From: Gammaproteobacteria bacterium
Lineage (GTDB): Bacteria > Pseudomonadota > Gammaproteobacteria > Eutrophobiales > Eutrophobiaceae
Reading direction: 5' to 3'
NCBI GenBank assembly: GCA_965116495.1
Contig: OZ220696.1
Coordinates: 2,656,001 to 2,720,000, forward strand
Length of the DNA: 64,000 bases
The translations under genes were made by a program, and so were the position numbers. Shown piece by piece: positions 18,836-30,783 of this stretch (position 1 is the first letter of the stretch; every line of letters starts with the position of its first letter). The notes below the pieces were generated by a model. It worked only from the letters and a program-made list of their open reading frames with translations. It did not search any database and had not been told where the DNA came from.

Positions 18836-20410
18836 ATGTCTTTCCGTAAAAGCAGGTTTTCGCGCAGACAACTGCTTGAATATGCCTCGATGCTCGCTGT
18901 GGGTTCTTTCTTCTGCCCTGCGAGACAGACATATGCAAACCGAGCCATAAATTTTACCGATTATCCATTTAAACTCGGAGTCGCATCCGGTGACCCTGTC
19001 TCAGAGGGGATTGTGTTGTGGACCCGCCTGGCGCCTGAGCCGTATGATTTAATCGCACTGCCACAACAATCGATCCCGGTTGCCTGGCAGGTAGCAGAAG
19101 ATGAGAAAATGCGCAAGGTGGTGCAGTCGGGAACCAGCTTTGCCCATGCGGAGCACGCTCACTCCGTGCACGTGGAAGTTCACGGCCTCAAACCTGACAG
19201 GGAATATTTCTATTGTTTCATTGCAGGAAAAGAAAAGAGCCCGGTAGGCAGGACGCGTACCTTACCGCTGATGGGGAAGCGCCTGCAGGATTTTCGTTTT
19301 GCATTTGCCTCCTGCCAGGATTTTACCAACGGCTATTTTGCGGCTTATCACGATATGGTCCGCCAGGACCCCCAACTCATTGTCCACACCGGCGATTATA
19401 TCTATGAAAGTATTTATAAAGATGGGGTGCGTCGTATTCCCGTGCCCGTTGCCATAACGCTGGACGATTACCGACTCCTGCACGCCTGTTATAAACTGGA
19501 CCCCCATTTACAAGAAGCACATGCCGCGGCGCCCTGGTTGCTGATCTGGGATGATCATGAAGTGGAAAACGACTGGGGCGGCAATTACTCTGAAAGTATT
19601 TCCGACCCGGAAAGATTCCTGAAACGGAAAACAGCAGCGATTAAGGCCTATTGCGAACATCTGCCGCTTCGCCTGTCAACCAGGAGACAGCGTAGCGGGG
19701 TGCGCATTCACCAACGTACGGTCATCGGAGACCTGATTGAATTTAATCTGTTGGATTGTCGCCAATACCGCGACCAACCACCGTGCCAGGATGAGACCGG
19801 CCAGGCGCCCATTCAGTTCAGGCACTGCGCTGAAGCGCTGTCCCATGATCGTTCCATGCTGGGCCTGAAACAGGAAGATTGGCTAAGACAAGGATTCGGA
19901 CACTCAGGCGCAAAATGGAATACATTGGTGCAATCAACTTATATGGCGCCGTTCGATTATGTACAAGGCGCAGATACCGGCTACAAAACCGATGGCTGGG
20001 ACGGCTATGCCGCCTCACGCCAGCGAATTCTTGACATGATAGTAAATAAGCACGTCGAAAACCCGGTTAGCATAGGCGGTGAGATTCATGCATTTTATGC
20101 CGGTGTAGTGAATGCCGATGCCTTTGACTTCGATTCTCCGCCGGCACTCAGTGAGGTGCTCTGTACGTCGATCTCATCTGGTGGTGGTGGCGATCAGCGC
20201 TATACCAAAACGCTGGACCTGTTCTCCGAAAACCCTTTTGCCCGCTTTTTTGAGAACAGGGTTCGAGGTTACACGCTGTGTAATGTAAATCATCGGCGCT
20301 GGCATACGGCATTGCGGGCAATAGAGGATGTACAGGACCCGACTTCACCAGGCTCAGCCCTCAAGGAACTGGTGATAGAGGCGGGGAAGGTTGAGGTGTC
20401 ACCTGTATGA
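18836..20410 (+). CDS. phoD: PhoD-family alkaline phosphatase/phosphodiesterase, Tat-exported
   Basis: SRRQLL Tat motif, FKLGVASGDP, HTGDYIYE, WDDHEVEND, DGWDGY. Confidence 0.9.
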   Translation: MSFRKSRFSRRQLLEYASMLAVGSFFCPARQTYANRAINFTDYPFKLGVASGDPVSEGIVLWTRLAPEPYDLIALPQQSIPVAWQVAEDEKMRKVVQSGTSFAHAEHAHSVHVEVHGLKPDREYFYCFIAGKEKSPVGRTRTLPLMGKRLQDFRFAFASCQDFTNGYFAAYHDMVRQDPQLIVHTGDYIYESIYKDGVRRIPVPVAITLDDYRLLHACYKLDPHLQEAHAAAPWLLIWDDHEVENDWGGNYSESISDPERFLKRKTAAIKAYCEHLPLRLSTRRQRSGVRIHQRTVIGDLIEFNLLDCRQYRDQPPCQDETGQAPIQFRHCAEALSHDRSMLGLKQEDWLRQGFGHSGAKWNTLVQSTYMAPFDYVQGADTGYKTDGWDGYAASRQRILDMIVNKHVENPVSIGGEIHAFYAGVVNADAFDFDSPPALSEVLCTSISSGGGGDQRYTKTLDLFSENPFARFFENRVRGYTLCNVNHRRWHTALRAIEDVQDPTSPGSALKELVIEAGKVEVSPV

Positions 20411-20733
20411 TTCATTTGCCCTGCCAATACAAAATAAACATCCCTGTTTAAAGTCTCTCCCAGGGGGCAGGCGTTGCACCACTACCAGTCAAGACCGCCA
20501 CTATGCCAGGTGAGATTATTTATGCGTGTCAACTATGAAACAGAACCACTCTCCCCCGAGCGAGGAGAACAAACACAGGATCACCAGGCGGCAATAACCA
20601 ATAAAACGTCTGCCGGAGGGACCAACCCCATCTACCCAGGTGATATCCCTGGTAGTGGCGATAGTGCAATAGAACAGGTTGTCAATAAGCCAAAGTTTGA
20701 CATCTGATGTGTAGTTAACTAGCATCATGCATC

Positions 20734-20970
20734 ATGCGTACTACCATCAACATTGCAACGCCGATTCTCGAGGAACTGAGGAAGATCCAGAGTAAGGAGG
20801 GTGGTTCCCTCGGGCAGATTGTTTCCAGGCTGCTGGCTGGCGCACTTAAGGCGCAGCAGCCTCAAGTGAGTGAACCCAGACCCGATTGGGTCAGTAAGCC
20901 AATGCGCGCGCGAGTAGACCTTGCTGACAAGGATTCCGTCTACGCGCTCCTTGACGAAGATTCTCCTTGA
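20734..20970 (+). CDS. VapB-like antitoxin
   Basis: MRTTINI ribbon-helix-helix start, overlapping the PIN gene. Confidence 0.8.
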   Translation: MRTTINIATPILEELRKIQSKEGGSLGQIVSRLLAGALKAQQPQVSEPRPDWVSKPMRARVDLADKDSVYALLDEDSP

Positions 20971-21404
20971 GCTACACCATCGACGCCAATATCCTGCTCT
21001 ACGCCTCAGATCGGACATCGCCGTTCCATGTGGCAGCAGCAGACTTCCTGCGCAACCGTTCGGATGACCCGGAGATCTTATGTCTGACATGGCCGACCAT
21101 TATGGGCTATATCAGACTGGCGACCCATCCGAGAATATTCGATGACCCCATGAGTCCGCGAGAGGCAATCGACAATATTGCCCGCTTGATGCAGATGCCG
21201 CGCTGTCGCGTTGTGGTGGAGAATGAGGATTTTCTGACCAGCTTTCGCGAAATCGTTGCCGGGGTTACAACCCGTGGGAATCTCGTGCCTGACGCGCACC
21301 TTGCCGCTATGATGCGCGTCCACGATATTCGTACTATTTATACACACGACCGGGATTTTCTAAAGTTCGCTTTCCTGAAGGTCATCGACCCGGTCGCTCG
21401 ATAA
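20967..21404 (+). CDS. vapC: VapC PIN-domain ribonuclease toxin
   Basis: [26 protein letters not shown]. Confidence 0.88.
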   Translation: MSYTIDANILLYASDRTSPFHVAAADFLRNRSDDPEILCLTWPTIMGYIRLATHPRIFDDPMSPREAIDNIARLMQMPRCRVVVENEDFLTSFREIVAGVTTRGNLVPDAHLAAMMRVHDIRTIYTHDRDFLKFAFLKVIDPVAR

Positions 21405-21411
21405 CTGCCAG

Positions 21412-23103
21412 ATGGATACACGAATCAGCTTTGTCAGCGGCACCGGCAACAAACCGCTGATTTACCGGACAATCGGCAATGCCTTGCAGATGACCGCGGA
21501 GACGTTCCCGGAGCAGGAAGCCCTGGTCGTCTGCCACCAGGACATCCGCTGGACCTACCAGGAACTGAACCGGCGGGTGGATGATTTTGCTGCCGGCTTG
21601 ATCGCACTGGGTTTTGAACCCGGAGACCGGATCGGTATCTGGGCGCCCAACTGTGCCGAATGGGTGCTCACCCAGTTTGCCACGGCCAGGGCGGGCCTTA
21701 TCCTGGTCAACATCAATCCTGCTTATCGCACCCATGAACTCGAATACGCCTTGAACAAGGTAGCCTGCAAGGGGCTGGTGACTGCCTCCCGGTTCAAGAG
21801 CAGTGATTATCTTGCCATGTTGACGGAACTGGCGCCGGAATTGATTTCAGCCTCACCGGGGCAGTTATCCTCCCGCAGGTTGCCCCACCTGAAGACAGTC
21901 ATACGGTTGGGCGACGAGGTATCTCCCGGCTGTCACAACTTCGATACTCTATCGGCGCTGGCCGGCAGCACCGAAAAACAGCGAGTGACTGCGCTTGCTT
22001 CGCTGCTGCAACCCGATGACGCCATTAATATCCAGTTCACCAGCGGCACGACCGGCTCACCAAAAGGGGCGACCCTGACCCATTTCAATATCCTCAACAA
22101 CGGTTATTTCGTGGGTGAAGCAATGAGAGTCACGGAACAGGACAGGGTCTGTATCCCGGTGCCGTTTTATCATTGCTTCGGCATGGTGCTGGGCAACCTG
22201 AACTGTATCACCCATGGCGCTGCCATGGTCATACCCAATGACGGTTTCGACCCCGCCCTGACCCTGGCGACGGTGGATGCAGAGAAATGTACGGCCTTGT
22301 ACGGCGTTCCCACCATGTTTATCGCCGAACTGGACCTGCCGGACTTTTCCGGTTATGACCTGACCAGCCTGCGTACCGGTATCATGGCCGGGTCTTCCTG
22401 TCCAATCGAAGTGATGAAACGGGTTGTTGCCGAGATGAACATGAGCGAGATAACCATCGCTTACGGCATGACGGAGACCAGTCCGGTCAGTTTCCAGAGC
22501 AGCACTGATGATCCGCTGGAGCGCCGGGTATCCACCGTAGGCCGCGTGCATCCCCATGTACAGGTCAAGATCATCGATCAGGCGGGGCGCACGGTACCCG
22601 TTGGTGAAAAGGGAGAACTGTGCACCCGGGGTTACAACGTCATGCCAGGTTACTGGGACGACCCGGACAGGACCGGGGAAGCCATTGACACAGCCGGCTG
22701 GATGCATACCGGCGACTTGGCCGTTCTCGACATGGAAGGTTATTGCAATATTGTCGGGCGCGTGAAAGACATGGTGATTCGCGGAGGGGAGAATATCTAC
22801 CCGCGCGAGGTCGAGGAATTCCTGTATAGCCATGAAAAGATCCAGGACGTAACCGTATTCGGTGTGCCGGATCATAAATACGGAGAGCAACTGTGTGCCT
22901 GGATTAAACTGAAGCAGGGACAGGAGGCCGACGCGGCAGAGATCAAGGCGTTCTGCAAAAACAGGATTGCCCACAACAAGGTGCCGCACTACGTCCGGTT
23001 TGTCGACGAGTTCCCCATGACAGTCACCGGCAAGGTGCAGAAGTTCATCATGCGTGACCGGATGAGCGAGGAGTTGGAGCTGACGGTACAGGAAACCGCG
23101 TGA
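21412..23103 (+). CDS. AMP-binding acyl-CoA synthetase
   Basis: [44 protein letters not shown]. Confidence 0.92.
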   Translation: MDTRISFVSGTGNKPLIYRTIGNALQMTAETFPEQEALVVCHQDIRWTYQELNRRVDDFAAGLIALGFEPGDRIGIWAPNCAEWVLTQFATARAGLILVNINPAYRTHELEYALNKVACKGLVTASRFKSSDYLAMLTELAPELISASPGQLSSRRLPHLKTVIRLGDEVSPGCHNFDTLSALAGSTEKQRVTALASLLQPDDAINIQFTSGTTGSPKGATLTHFNILNNGYFVGEAMRVTEQDRVCIPVPFYHCFGMVLGNLNCITHGAAMVIPNDGFDPALTLATVDAEKCTALYGVPTMFIAELDLPDFSGYDLTSLRTGIMAGSSCPIEVMKRVVAEMNMSEITIAYGMTETSPVSFQSSTDDPLERRVSTVGRVHPHVQVKIIDQAGRTVPVGEKGELCTRGYNVMPGYWDDPDRTGEAIDTAGWMHTGDLAVLDMEGYCNIVGRVKDMVIRGGENIYPREVEEFLYSHEKIQDVTVFGVPDHKYGEQLCAWIKLKQGQEADAAEIKAFCKNRIAHNKVPHYVRFVDEFPMTVTGKVQKFIMRDRMSEELELTVQETA

Positions 23104-23115
23104 GCGGCTTACAGA

Positions 23116-24561
23116 CTATTCCGCCAGTCTCGCCGTCAGTAATTGGTTGACCTGTTTCGGGTTGGCCTTGCCTCTGGATTTTTTCATTACCTGCCCCACG
23201 AAATAGCCGATCATTTTCCCCCGTTTATCCGCTGCGGCATTGCGGTACTGTTGCACTTGCGCGTCGTTTCCGGCAATGACCTCATCCACCAGCCTGCCTA
23301 TTTCAGCGCTGTCGGTAAGCTGTTTCAGCCCCTGTTTTTCTATGATGTCGTCGACAGCGCCCTCACCCTCCCATAAGGCCTCGAATACCTGCCTGGCGAT
23401 TTTGTTTGAGATGGTGCCATCGACAATGCGCGTTACGAGTCCTGCCAGCATTTTTGCGCTCACGTTAGCGTCATTGATGCCGATATTATTCCGGTTCAGG
23501 GCAGCGCCCAATTCACCCATGATCCAGTTTGCAACCAGTTTGGCTTCACCCTGGGCGGCGCTCAGGGCAGCCTCAAAATAATCAGCCGTCTCCCTGTTCG
23601 CGACCAGGTAGCCGCTGTCATATTCCGACAGGCCAAATTCTTCCATGAAACGCTGCTGTTTCTGTTCCGGCAACTCCGGCAGTTGTTGCCTGACGGCTTC
23701 GATGTAGTCATCATCAATCACTACGGGAGGCAGGTCAGGGTCCGGGAAGTAGCGGTAATCGTTCGCCTCTTCCTTGCCTCGCATCGAGCGGGTTTCATTT
23801 TTATCGGGGTCGAACAAACGGGTCTCCTGCACTACCTCATTACCTGATTCGACCAGATCGATTTGCCTGCTTATCTCGTGGTTTATCGCCTGTTCGACAA
23901 AGCGGAAGGAGTTGATATTCTTTACCTCTGCCCGGGTTCCCAACCTGGTTTCACCTGCGGGCCTGATCGATACGTTGGCATCGCAGCGGAATGAACCCTC
24001 CTGCATGTTCCCGTCGGAGATCTCCAGGTAACGAACCAGGGAGTGGATTTTTTTCATGAATGCAACCGCTTCCCCGGCGGAACGCAAATCCGGTTCCGAA
24101 ACTATCTCAACCAGCGGCGCACCGGCGCGATTCAGATCAATAGCGGTAAAACCGGAGAAACCTTCATGGATGGATTTGCCGGCATCTTCCTCCAGGTGCG
24201 CCCGGGTAATACCTATCTCCCTGGTTATGCCGTCATGCCGGATATGTAATTTACCCGCGCTGACGATTGGCAATTCATACTGGCTGATCTGGTAGCCTTT
24301 GGGGAGATCGGGGTAAAAATAATTTTTCCTGGCAAATACGGACCGTTTTGCAATGGTTGCATCAATTGCAAGGCCGAATTTGACCGCCATGCGTATCACT
24401 TCTTCATTGCTGACCGGCAATACGCCGGGAAGTCCCAGGTCAACGGCACATGCCAGGGTATTGGCGGTTGCGCCGAACCGGTTGGCCGCGCCCGAGAATA
24501 TTTTACTCTGCGTAGCCAACTGCACGTGTATTTCAAGGCCAATAACGGATTCCCATTGCAT
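23116..24561 (-). CDS. gatB: Asp/Glu-tRNA amidotransferase subunit B
   Basis: [38 protein letters not shown]. Confidence 0.97.
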   Translation of the reverse strand: MQWESVIGLEIHVQLATQSKIFSGAANRFGATANTLACAVDLGLPGVLPVSNEEVIRMAVKFGLAIDATIAKRSVFARKNYFYPDLPKGYQISQYELPIVSAGKLHIRHDGITREIGITRAHLEEDAGKSIHEGFSGFTAIDLNRAGAPLVEIVSEPDLRSAGEAVAFMKKIHSLVRYLEISDGNMQEGSFRCDANVSIRPAGETRLGTRAEVKNINSFRFVEQAINHEISRQIDLVESGNEVVQETRLFDPDKNETRSMRGKEEANDYRYFPDPDLPPVVIDDDYIEAVRQQLPELPEQKQQRFMEEFGLSEYDSGYLVANRETADYFEAALSAAQGEAKLVANWIMGELGAALNRNNIGINDANVSAKMLAGLVTRIVDGTISNKIARQVFEALWEGEGAVDDIIEKQGLKQLTDSAEIGRLVDEVIAGNDAQVQQYRNAAADKRGKMIGYFVGQVMKKSRGKANPKQVNQLLTARLAE

Positions 24562-26018
24562 TATTGCTGCAGACCCTCCGGTACCTGTTTATGCCAGTCA
24601 GTCATCAACTGGTACTGGTGTGCAACATTCAACAGCCTGGCTTCATGGAAATAATTGCCGATGAGCTGCATGCCGATCGGCAGGCCGTTACTGAACCCAG
24701 CAGGGATTGATATGGCCGGCAACCCGGCGAGATTGACGGATACGGTATAAATATCGGACAGGTACATTGAGATCGGATCGTCGATTCGGGAACCCAGGGG
24801 AAATGCCGGCGACGGTGTCGTAGGGGTCACGATTACGTCAACCTGGTCCAGGGCGGCGCGGAACTCATCCCGCAACAGGCGCCTCAAGCGCTGTGCCTTG
24901 AGATAATACGCATCGTAGTATCCTGCAGACAATACATAAGTCCCAGTCATGATCCTGCGCTTGACCTCACTGCCGAACCCCTCACCGCGGGAGCGGCAAA
25001 ACAGGTCATTGATATCCCCGGGGGTTTCACAGCGATGGCCGAAGCGCACGCCGTCGTAACGGGACAGGTTTGAAGAGCATTCAGCCGAGGCTATCACGTA
25101 GTAAACCGGTATGGACAACCCGGTATGGGGTAATTCCATGTCGATAATCGACGCGCCCGCCTGTTCAAATAAATTCAATGCGGCGCTGAGCGCGTCGGTA
25201 ACGGGCTGTTCCAGTTCGGAGGAGAAGTATTCCTTTGGCAGACCGATTTTCAGCCCCTTGATTTCGTTGTTTAGCGCCTCCAGGTAATTATCGACCCTGA
25301 CATTGGCGCTGGTTGCGTCTTTCGGGTCGAACCCGGCCAGGGCAGCCAGCAACATAGCCGCGTCCTGTGCGGTCTGCGTGATGGGGCCACCCTGGTCCAG
25401 GCTGGAGGCATAGGCGATCATGCCGTAACGGGATACCCGTCCATAAGTCGGTTTCAGCCCTGTTACGCCGCATAATGCCGCAGGTTGCCTGATCGACCCT
25501 CCCGTATCCGTTGCAGTCGCCGCCGGCACCAGTCTGGCGCTGACTGCGCAGGCCGACCCGCCTGAAGAACCGCCCGGCACCCGGTCAGTATCCCACGGAT
25601 TTTTGACGGGACCGTAAAAACTGGTTTCGTTGGAAGACCCCATGGCAAACTCATCCATGTTGGTCTTTCCCATCATGATACTGCCGGCTGAATTGAGCCT
25701 GTCAGTTACGGTGGCGTTGTAGGGGGCAATAAAGTTGTCCAGTATTTTTGATGCACAACTGGTTTTGAATCCCGCAGTACAAAAAATATCCTTGTTGGCT
25801 ATGGGCAGGCCGGTCAGGGGGCCGGCCTCGCCCGCGGCGATCAGCCTGTCTGCCTCGCCAGCCTGCTCAAGCGCATAATCGGGGAACAATGAAATGAAAC
25901 AGTTCAGGTCGCCGTTGAATTGTTCAGCCCGGTCCAGACAGGATTTGACAAGCTCCGTGCTGCTTATCTCCTGCCCGTGCAGCAAGCGGGATAATTCCGC
26001 GAGCGTATAACCAAACAT
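24561..26018 (-). CDS. gatA: Asp/Glu-tRNA amidotransferase subunit A
   Basis: [31 protein letters not shown] amidase signature. Confidence 0.97.
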   Translation of the reverse strand: MFGYTLAELSRLLHGQEISSTELVKSCLDRAEQFNGDLNCFISLFPDYALEQAGEADRLIAAGEAGPLTGLPIANKDIFCTAGFKTSCASKILDNFIAPYNATVTDRLNSAGSIMMGKTNMDEFAMGSSNETSFYGPVKNPWDTDRVPGGSSGGSACAVSARLVPAATATDTGGSIRQPAALCGVTGLKPTYGRVSRYGMIAYASSLDQGGPITQTAQDAAMLLAALAGFDPKDATSANVRVDNYLEALNNEIKGLKIGLPKEYFSSELEQPVTDALSAALNLFEQAGASIIDMELPHTGLSIPVYYVIASAECSSNLSRYDGVRFGHRCETPGDINDLFCRSRGEGFGSEVKRRIMTGTYVLSAGYYDAYYLKAQRLRRLLRDEFRAALDQVDVIVTPTTPSPAFPLGSRIDDPISMYLSDIYTVSVNLAGLPAISIPAGFSNGLPIGMQLIGNYFHEARLLNVAHQYQLMTDWHKQVPEGLQQ

Positions 26019-26036
26019 GAAAAAGACTATCTCTCG

Positions 26037-26324
26037 CTATTCAACGAATTTGGGCACTACGTAATAACCGTCCTCTGTCAGGGGGGCGATGTTCTGAAAG
26101 TCGTCCCGCTGGTTTTCCTCACTGACCATGTCAGGACGTAGCCGTGTATCGATTTCCAGCGGATGTGCCAGTGGTTCAATAACAGATGTGTCTACGACCT
26201 GCATTTGTTCCACCAGGGCAAGGATATCGGCCAGGTCTTTTGCATAGCCGGCTATCGCCTGATCTTCTATGGTCAACCTTGCCAGCCAGGCAATATTTCG
26301 TATCTCTGTTTTGTCAAGCGGCAT
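26037..26324 (-). CDS. gatC: Asp/Glu-tRNA amidotransferase subunit C
   Basis: IAWLARL...EPLAHPL...LRPD...YYVVPK, and its position before gatA. Confidence 0.93.
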   Translation of the reverse strand: MPLDKTEIRNIAWLARLTIEDQAIAGYAKDLADILALVEQMQVVDTSVIEPLAHPLEIDTRLRPDMVSEENQRDDFQNIAPLTEDGYYVVPKFVE

Positions 26325-26428
26325 AAAAGTCCGAATTTTGTTGAACTAACCGCAATCTACCATATTTCCCGGCTTGCCCAAAATACACGTCACTGTTAAA
26401 GTTATGTTTTTTATATGGGCCGGCAAAA

Positions 26429-27478
26429 ATGTTAAACAGGTTAAGAGGGTTTTTCTCCAGCGATTTGTCCATAGATCTGGGTACCGCCAATACCCTGATT
26501 TATGTGCGCGGCAAAGGTATCGTTTTAGACCAGCCTTCTGTGGTCGCGGTAGGGAAGACCGAGCATGGCGCAGTCAACCTGAAAGCTATCCGGGCCGTCG
26601 GTAGCGCGGCCAAGAACATGCTTGGGCGGACTCCTGAGCATATCAAGGCAATCAGGCCATTGAAGGACGGTGTGATCGCTGATTTCACCCTGACCGAAAA
26701 AATGCTGCAGTATTTTATTCATTCCGTCCATGGCGACACTTTTTTCAAACCCAGTCCCAGGGTATTAATCTGTGTGCCTTGCGGTTCGACCCAGGTGGAG
26801 AAAAGGGCAATTCGCGAATCCGCCCTGGGCGCGGGCGCCAGAAAGGTGTACCTGATAGAAGAGCCCATGGCTGCGGCCATGGGTGCAGGAATGCCGGTCG
26901 GTGATGCAAGCGGCTCAATGATTCTGGATATTGGCGGCGGCACAACCGAGGTTGCCGTGATTTCCCTGAACGGTATCGTTTATTCGGCTTCGGTAAGGAT
27001 CGGCGGTGATAAATTCGATGAAGCCATCATAAATTACATACGGCGGAATTACGGTACCCTGATCGGCGAAGCTACCGCCGAAAACATCAAGAAGAAGATA
27101 GGTTGCGCTTTTCCGCCGGATGAGGTCAGTGAAATGGAAATCAGGGGACGCAACCTGGCTGAAGGTATCCCCCGCAGCTTTACGATAAGCAGCAATGAAA
27201 TACTGGAAGCACTGCAGGAGACGTTGTCAGGTATCATCGAAGCGGTTAAGGACGCCCTGGAAAAAACCCCACCCGAACTGGGTTCCGACGTGGTCGAACG
27301 CGGCATTGTACTGACCGGCGGCGGCGCATTGTTACGGGATCTCGACCAACTGTTGATGAAGGAAATCGGATTGTCTGTTATTGTTGCCGAAGATCCCTTG
27401 ACCTGCGTTGTGCGCGGCGGCGGTCGTTTCCTTGAACTGCTTGACGAATTTGGTGACGAGATCCTGGTTTTTGAATAA
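26429..27478 (+). CDS. mreB: rod shape-determining protein MreB
   Basis: [35 protein letters not shown]. Confidence 0.97.
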   Translation: MLNRLRGFFSSDLSIDLGTANTLIYVRGKGIVLDQPSVVAVGKTEHGAVNLKAIRAVGSAAKNMLGRTPEHIKAIRPLKDGVIADFTLTEKMLQYFIHSVHGDTFFKPSPRVLICVPCGSTQVEKRAIRESALGAGARKVYLIEEPMAAAMGAGMPVGDASGSMILDIGGGTTEVAVISLNGIVYSASVRIGGDKFDEAIINYIRRNYGTLIGEATAENIKKKIGCAFPPDEVSEMEIRGRNLAEGIPRSFTISSNEILEALQETLSGIIEAVKDALEKTPPELGSDVVERGIVLTGGGALLRDLDQLLMKEIGLSVIVAEDPLTCVVRGGGRFLELLDEFGDEILVFE

Positions 27479-27501
27479 CCTTCAACGAGGAGCAGCGGTC
27501 T

Positions 27502-28356
27502 ATTAACACATTATTTGTAAAAAGCCTCTCATCACATGTCAAGATTATAATCTTTGTAATGGCTTCGATAGTCTTGATGGTGGTCGACCACAAGAATGAA
27601 CACGTGGAAATTGTGCGGGCCACCATATCAAGTGTTGTTTATCCGCTCCAGTACGCTGCGAGTTTGACCGCTGATCTGCCACGACAAATTTCATTATTGC
27701 TGGTATCCAGAAAAACGTTACAGGAAGAGAACGAAAAACTGCGCCTGGAACAACTGCGCCTGTATTCCAAGCTGCAACGGGTTGCAACACTGGAAGAGGA
27801 AAACCGGCGCCTGAGAACATTGCTGGAGTCATCAGTCGAGTTTTATGAACGGGTGCTGGTGGCGGAACTGGTCGGTGTTGAGCTGGAACCTTTCCGCCAG
27901 CAGATAATCATCAATAAGGGGTTGACTCACGGCGTGTTCAACGGCCAGCCAGTGGTGGATTCGGGCGGTATCATGGGTCAGACAATCCACGTATCTCCGT
28001 TTTCAAGTACCGTACTTTTAATCACCGACCCGACCCATTCGATACCCGTATTGATAAATCGTAACGGACTACGCTCCGTCGCGGTCGGTCTCGGTCAGGA
28101 TAACGTCCTGTCACTGGAACACATTCCGGTTAATGCCGACATCAAGGAGGGAGACCTGCTCGTCTCATCCGGTCTTGGCCGGATATTCCCCAGGGGCTAT
28201 CCGGTAGGAATCGTGTCAAGCATCTCCCGTATACCGGGTGAATTTTTTTCAACCGTGATGGTAACACCCAGTGCAAAGTTCGGTGAGAGCCGGGAGGCAT
28301 TATTACTCTGGCCGGACCAGTCAACTAATGCAACTTCTGACGTCGCAATGAATTAA
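27502..28356 (+). CDS. mreC: rod shape-determining protein MreC, probable ATT start
   Basis: TM segment, coiled coil ENRRLRTLL, IIINKG, SSGLGRIFPRGYPVG. An in-frame ATT at 27502 follows GAGGAG; the first ATG is at 27559. Confidence 0.9.
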   Translation: MNTLFVKSLSSHVKIIIFVMASIVLMVVDHKNEHVEIVRATISSVVYPLQYAASLTADLPRQISLLLVSRKTLQEENEKLRLEQLRLYSKLQRVATLEEENRRLRTLLESSVEFYERVLVAELVGVELEPFRQQIIINKGLTHGVFNGQPVVDSGGIMGQTIHVSPFSSTVLLITDPTHSIPVLINRNGLRSVAVGLGQDNVLSLEHIPVNADIKEGDLLVSSGLGRIFPRGYPVGIVSSISRIPGEFFSTVMVTPSAKFGESREALLLWPDQSTNATSDVAMN

Positions 28357-28844
28357 TGCCTTTAGTCAAACACAACGGTGGATGGATAATCGCCGCCAGT
28401 TTCATTGTGGCGTTGCTGCTGACAACCATTCCGCTCCCGGGATGGTTGTCTGACTGGCGGCCGGCATGGGTTGTCATGATGTTGATTTACTGGTGCCTTG
28501 TGTTGCCCGAGCGGGTGGGTATCGGGATTGCCTGGCTGCTCGGGCTTATGCTGGATGTGCACACCGGGGCACTATTGGGTCAAAATGCCCTGGGACTGGC
28601 CGTAATTGCCTACGTGACGATACGACTGCACAAGCAGATCCGGATATACCCACCGCTGCAACAGTCCGTTCTCATCTGTTTTTACCTGTTATTATTCCAG
28701 TTTCTTGCCCTGTGGATACGCGGGATCGTCGGGGTCCCGCCACAGCATTGGACGTTCTGGGCGCCGGTCGTGAGCACTATGTTATTGTGGCCGATATTTT
28801 TTATTATTATGCGTGGTATACGCCGCAAATATAATGTATTTTGA
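28356..28844 (+). CDS. mreD: rod shape-determining protein MreD
   Basis: Hydrophobic; WRPAW, YWCLVLPERVG, GALLGQNAL. Confidence 0.93.
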   Translation: MPLVKHNGGWIIAASFIVALLLTTIPLPGWLSDWRPAWVVMMLIYWCLVLPERVGIGIAWLLGLMLDVHTGALLGQNALGLAVIAYVTIRLHKQIRIYPPLQQSVLICFYLLLFQFLALWIRGIVGVPPQHWTFWAPVVSTMLLWPIFFIIMRGIRRKYNVF

Positions 28845-28917
28845 ATGGTAACCCGGAAAAAGACGCGCACCAAACCTTCTTCCCGGTGTGCGGAAATTCC
28901 TGAACTCACGCAGTTTG

Positions 28918-30783
28918 ATGGCGGCACAAACCAAGAACAAAGGCCCGGACTGGACAATATATCTGGTTCATAGGCGGATCTATCTCACGGCCGCGCTTGT
29001 CCTGATCGTTACCGCGTTTATCCTGTTACAAATTATCAATTTACAAGTCGTCCAACACGACCATTTCACTACCCTGTCCAAGAGTAATCACATAAAGATC
29101 CTACCGGTCGTGCCTTCCCGGGGATTGATATTCAGCAGCGATGGTGTCCTGCTGGCCGATAATCGCCCCTCGTTCACCTTGGAGATTGTGCCTGAACGTG
29201 TTGCAGATGTAGATGCTCTAATCGAACATTTAAGCAGGCTCATTACAATCACTCCCGATGATATTCAGCGATTCAGGGAATTAAAAAAACGGACCCGCAG
29301 GTTTGAAGGTATTCCCCTCAGGTTACACCTGGACGACGAGGAAGTCGCGCTGACTTCAGTGAATCGGCACCTGCTTCCGGGAGTTGACGTCGTCGCCAGT
29401 CTGGGCCGTTACTATCCCCTGGCCAACAGTCTGTCACACACGATCGGTTACGTGGGAATGATAGATGAAGATGAGTTTGAAAAGCTTAATAAGTCGAATT
29501 ACAGAGGCACAAGCTATATCGGTAAATCAGGGATTGAGAAAGCTTACGAGGACCTGCTGCACGGTCACGTCGGTTACCAGCAGGTTGAGGTAAATGCCCA
29601 GGGAAGAAAAATCCGCGAAATTTACAAGGAGCCTCCCGAACCGAGTAAGGATCTGTACCTGACCATCGATGCTTCCCTGCAGATCCTTGCCGCGCAGGCT
29701 CTCACCGGCAGGCGCGGCGCCATTGCCGCCCTAGACACCAATTCCGGCGCGGTCCTGGTTTCCGCCAGCTCTCCCGGTTACGACCCCAACCTGTTTGTTG
29801 ACGGTATCGACAGGAAGATCTATGCCGACTTGCTGCAATCGAAAGATACGCCTTTATTGAACCGTACGTTGCAGGGCAAATACCCGCCCGGTTCGACGAT
29901 TAAACCAATGCTGGCCCTGGGAGGACTGAAGCTGGGCCTGCGCGAGCCCGAAAGCGAGACCTGGTGTCCGGGCTGGTATTCGCTGAGAGGGAGCACCCGC
30001 CGTTACCGGGACTGGAAAAAGCAGGGGCACGGTCATTTGGACATGGTCAATGCCATCTCCCAGTCCTGCGACGTGTATTTTTACGTCCTTGCCCGTGATA
30101 TGGGTATTGACTGGATCCACCAGACGCTGACGGACTTCGGTTTTGGCAAACCGACAGGCATTGATATCGGAGGCGAAGCAACAGGCCTGGTCCCCTCTAC
30201 ACAATGGAAACGCGAAGCATTGGGACAACCCTGGTATCCCGGTGAAACCCTGATTGCCGGGATAGGCCAGGGCGCCACCCTGGTAACGCCTATCCAGCTG
30301 GCTCTGGCAACGTCGGTCATCGCAAACCGGGGCAAGCTGGTGCGTCCCTACCTGTTGTCGGAAGCAAGGGATTCCTCAACAGGGCAGCAAGTGATCAGGA
30401 CACCAGCCCCTGAAGGCAGGCAGGTGGTATACGCCGGCATTGAGGAATGGGACGTGATTGTTCATTCGATGCAGGAGGTCGTACACGGTGAAAGAGGTAC
30501 TGCGCGAGGTTCCGGCGCAGGTACGGAATATCAATTTGCCGGAAAGACCGGTACGGCACAGGTGATAGCCATCGGACAGGACGAAGAATACGATGAAGAT
30601 GAGATACCGGAAGAATTCCAGGATCATGCTTTGTTTATTGCATTCGCCCCCGTTGAATCACCCGAGATTGCACTGGCCGTGATCGTTGAGAATGGCGGCG
30701 GCGGTTCAAAGACTGCAGCACCGATTGCCAGGGAATTGCTGGATCATTATTTCCGCAGGCGAAACAGGTTTGGAGCAGGATGA
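28918..30783 (+). CDS. mrdA: penicillin-binding protein 2
   Basis: PSRGLI, YPPGSTIK (SxxK), SCD, GKTGTAQ. Confidence 0.95.
   Translation: MAAQTKNKGPDWTIYLVHRRIYLTAALVLIVTAFILLQIINLQVVQHDHFTTLSKSNHIKILPVVPSRGLIFSSDGVLLADNRPSFTLEIVPERVADVDALIEHLSRLITITPDDIQRFRELKKRTRRFEGIPLRLHLDDEEVALTSVNRHLLPGVDVVASLGRYYPLANSLSHTIGYVGMIDEDEFEKLNKSNYRGTSYIGKSGIEKAYEDLLHGHVGYQQVEVNAQGRKIREIYKEPPEPSKDLYLTIDASLQILAAQALTGRRGAIAALDTNSGAVLVSASSPGYDPNLFVDGIDRKIYADLLQSKDTPLLNRTLQGKYPPGSTIKPMLALGGLKLGLREPESETWCPGWYSLRGSTRRYRDWKKQGHGHLDMVNAISQSCDVYFYVLARDMGIDWIHQTLTDFGFGKPTGIDIGGEATGLVPSTQWKREALGQPWYPGETLIAGIGQGATLVTPIQLALATSVIANRGKLVRPYLLSEARDSSTGQQVIRTPAPEGRQVVYAGIEEWDVIVHSMQEVVHGERGTARGSGAGTEYQFAGKTGTAQVIAIGQDEEYDEDEIPEEFQDHALFIAFAPVESPEIALAVIVENGGGGSKTAAPIARELLDHYFRRRNRFGAG

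Noticed and set aside
20474-20728. Short ORFs on both strands between phoD and vapB
   Set aside because: No recognisable motif or RBS. Possibly a decayed remnant, but not assignable.
10280-21404. Prophage or integrative element
   Set aside because: No integrase, phage structural genes, tRNA target or att repeats were seen.
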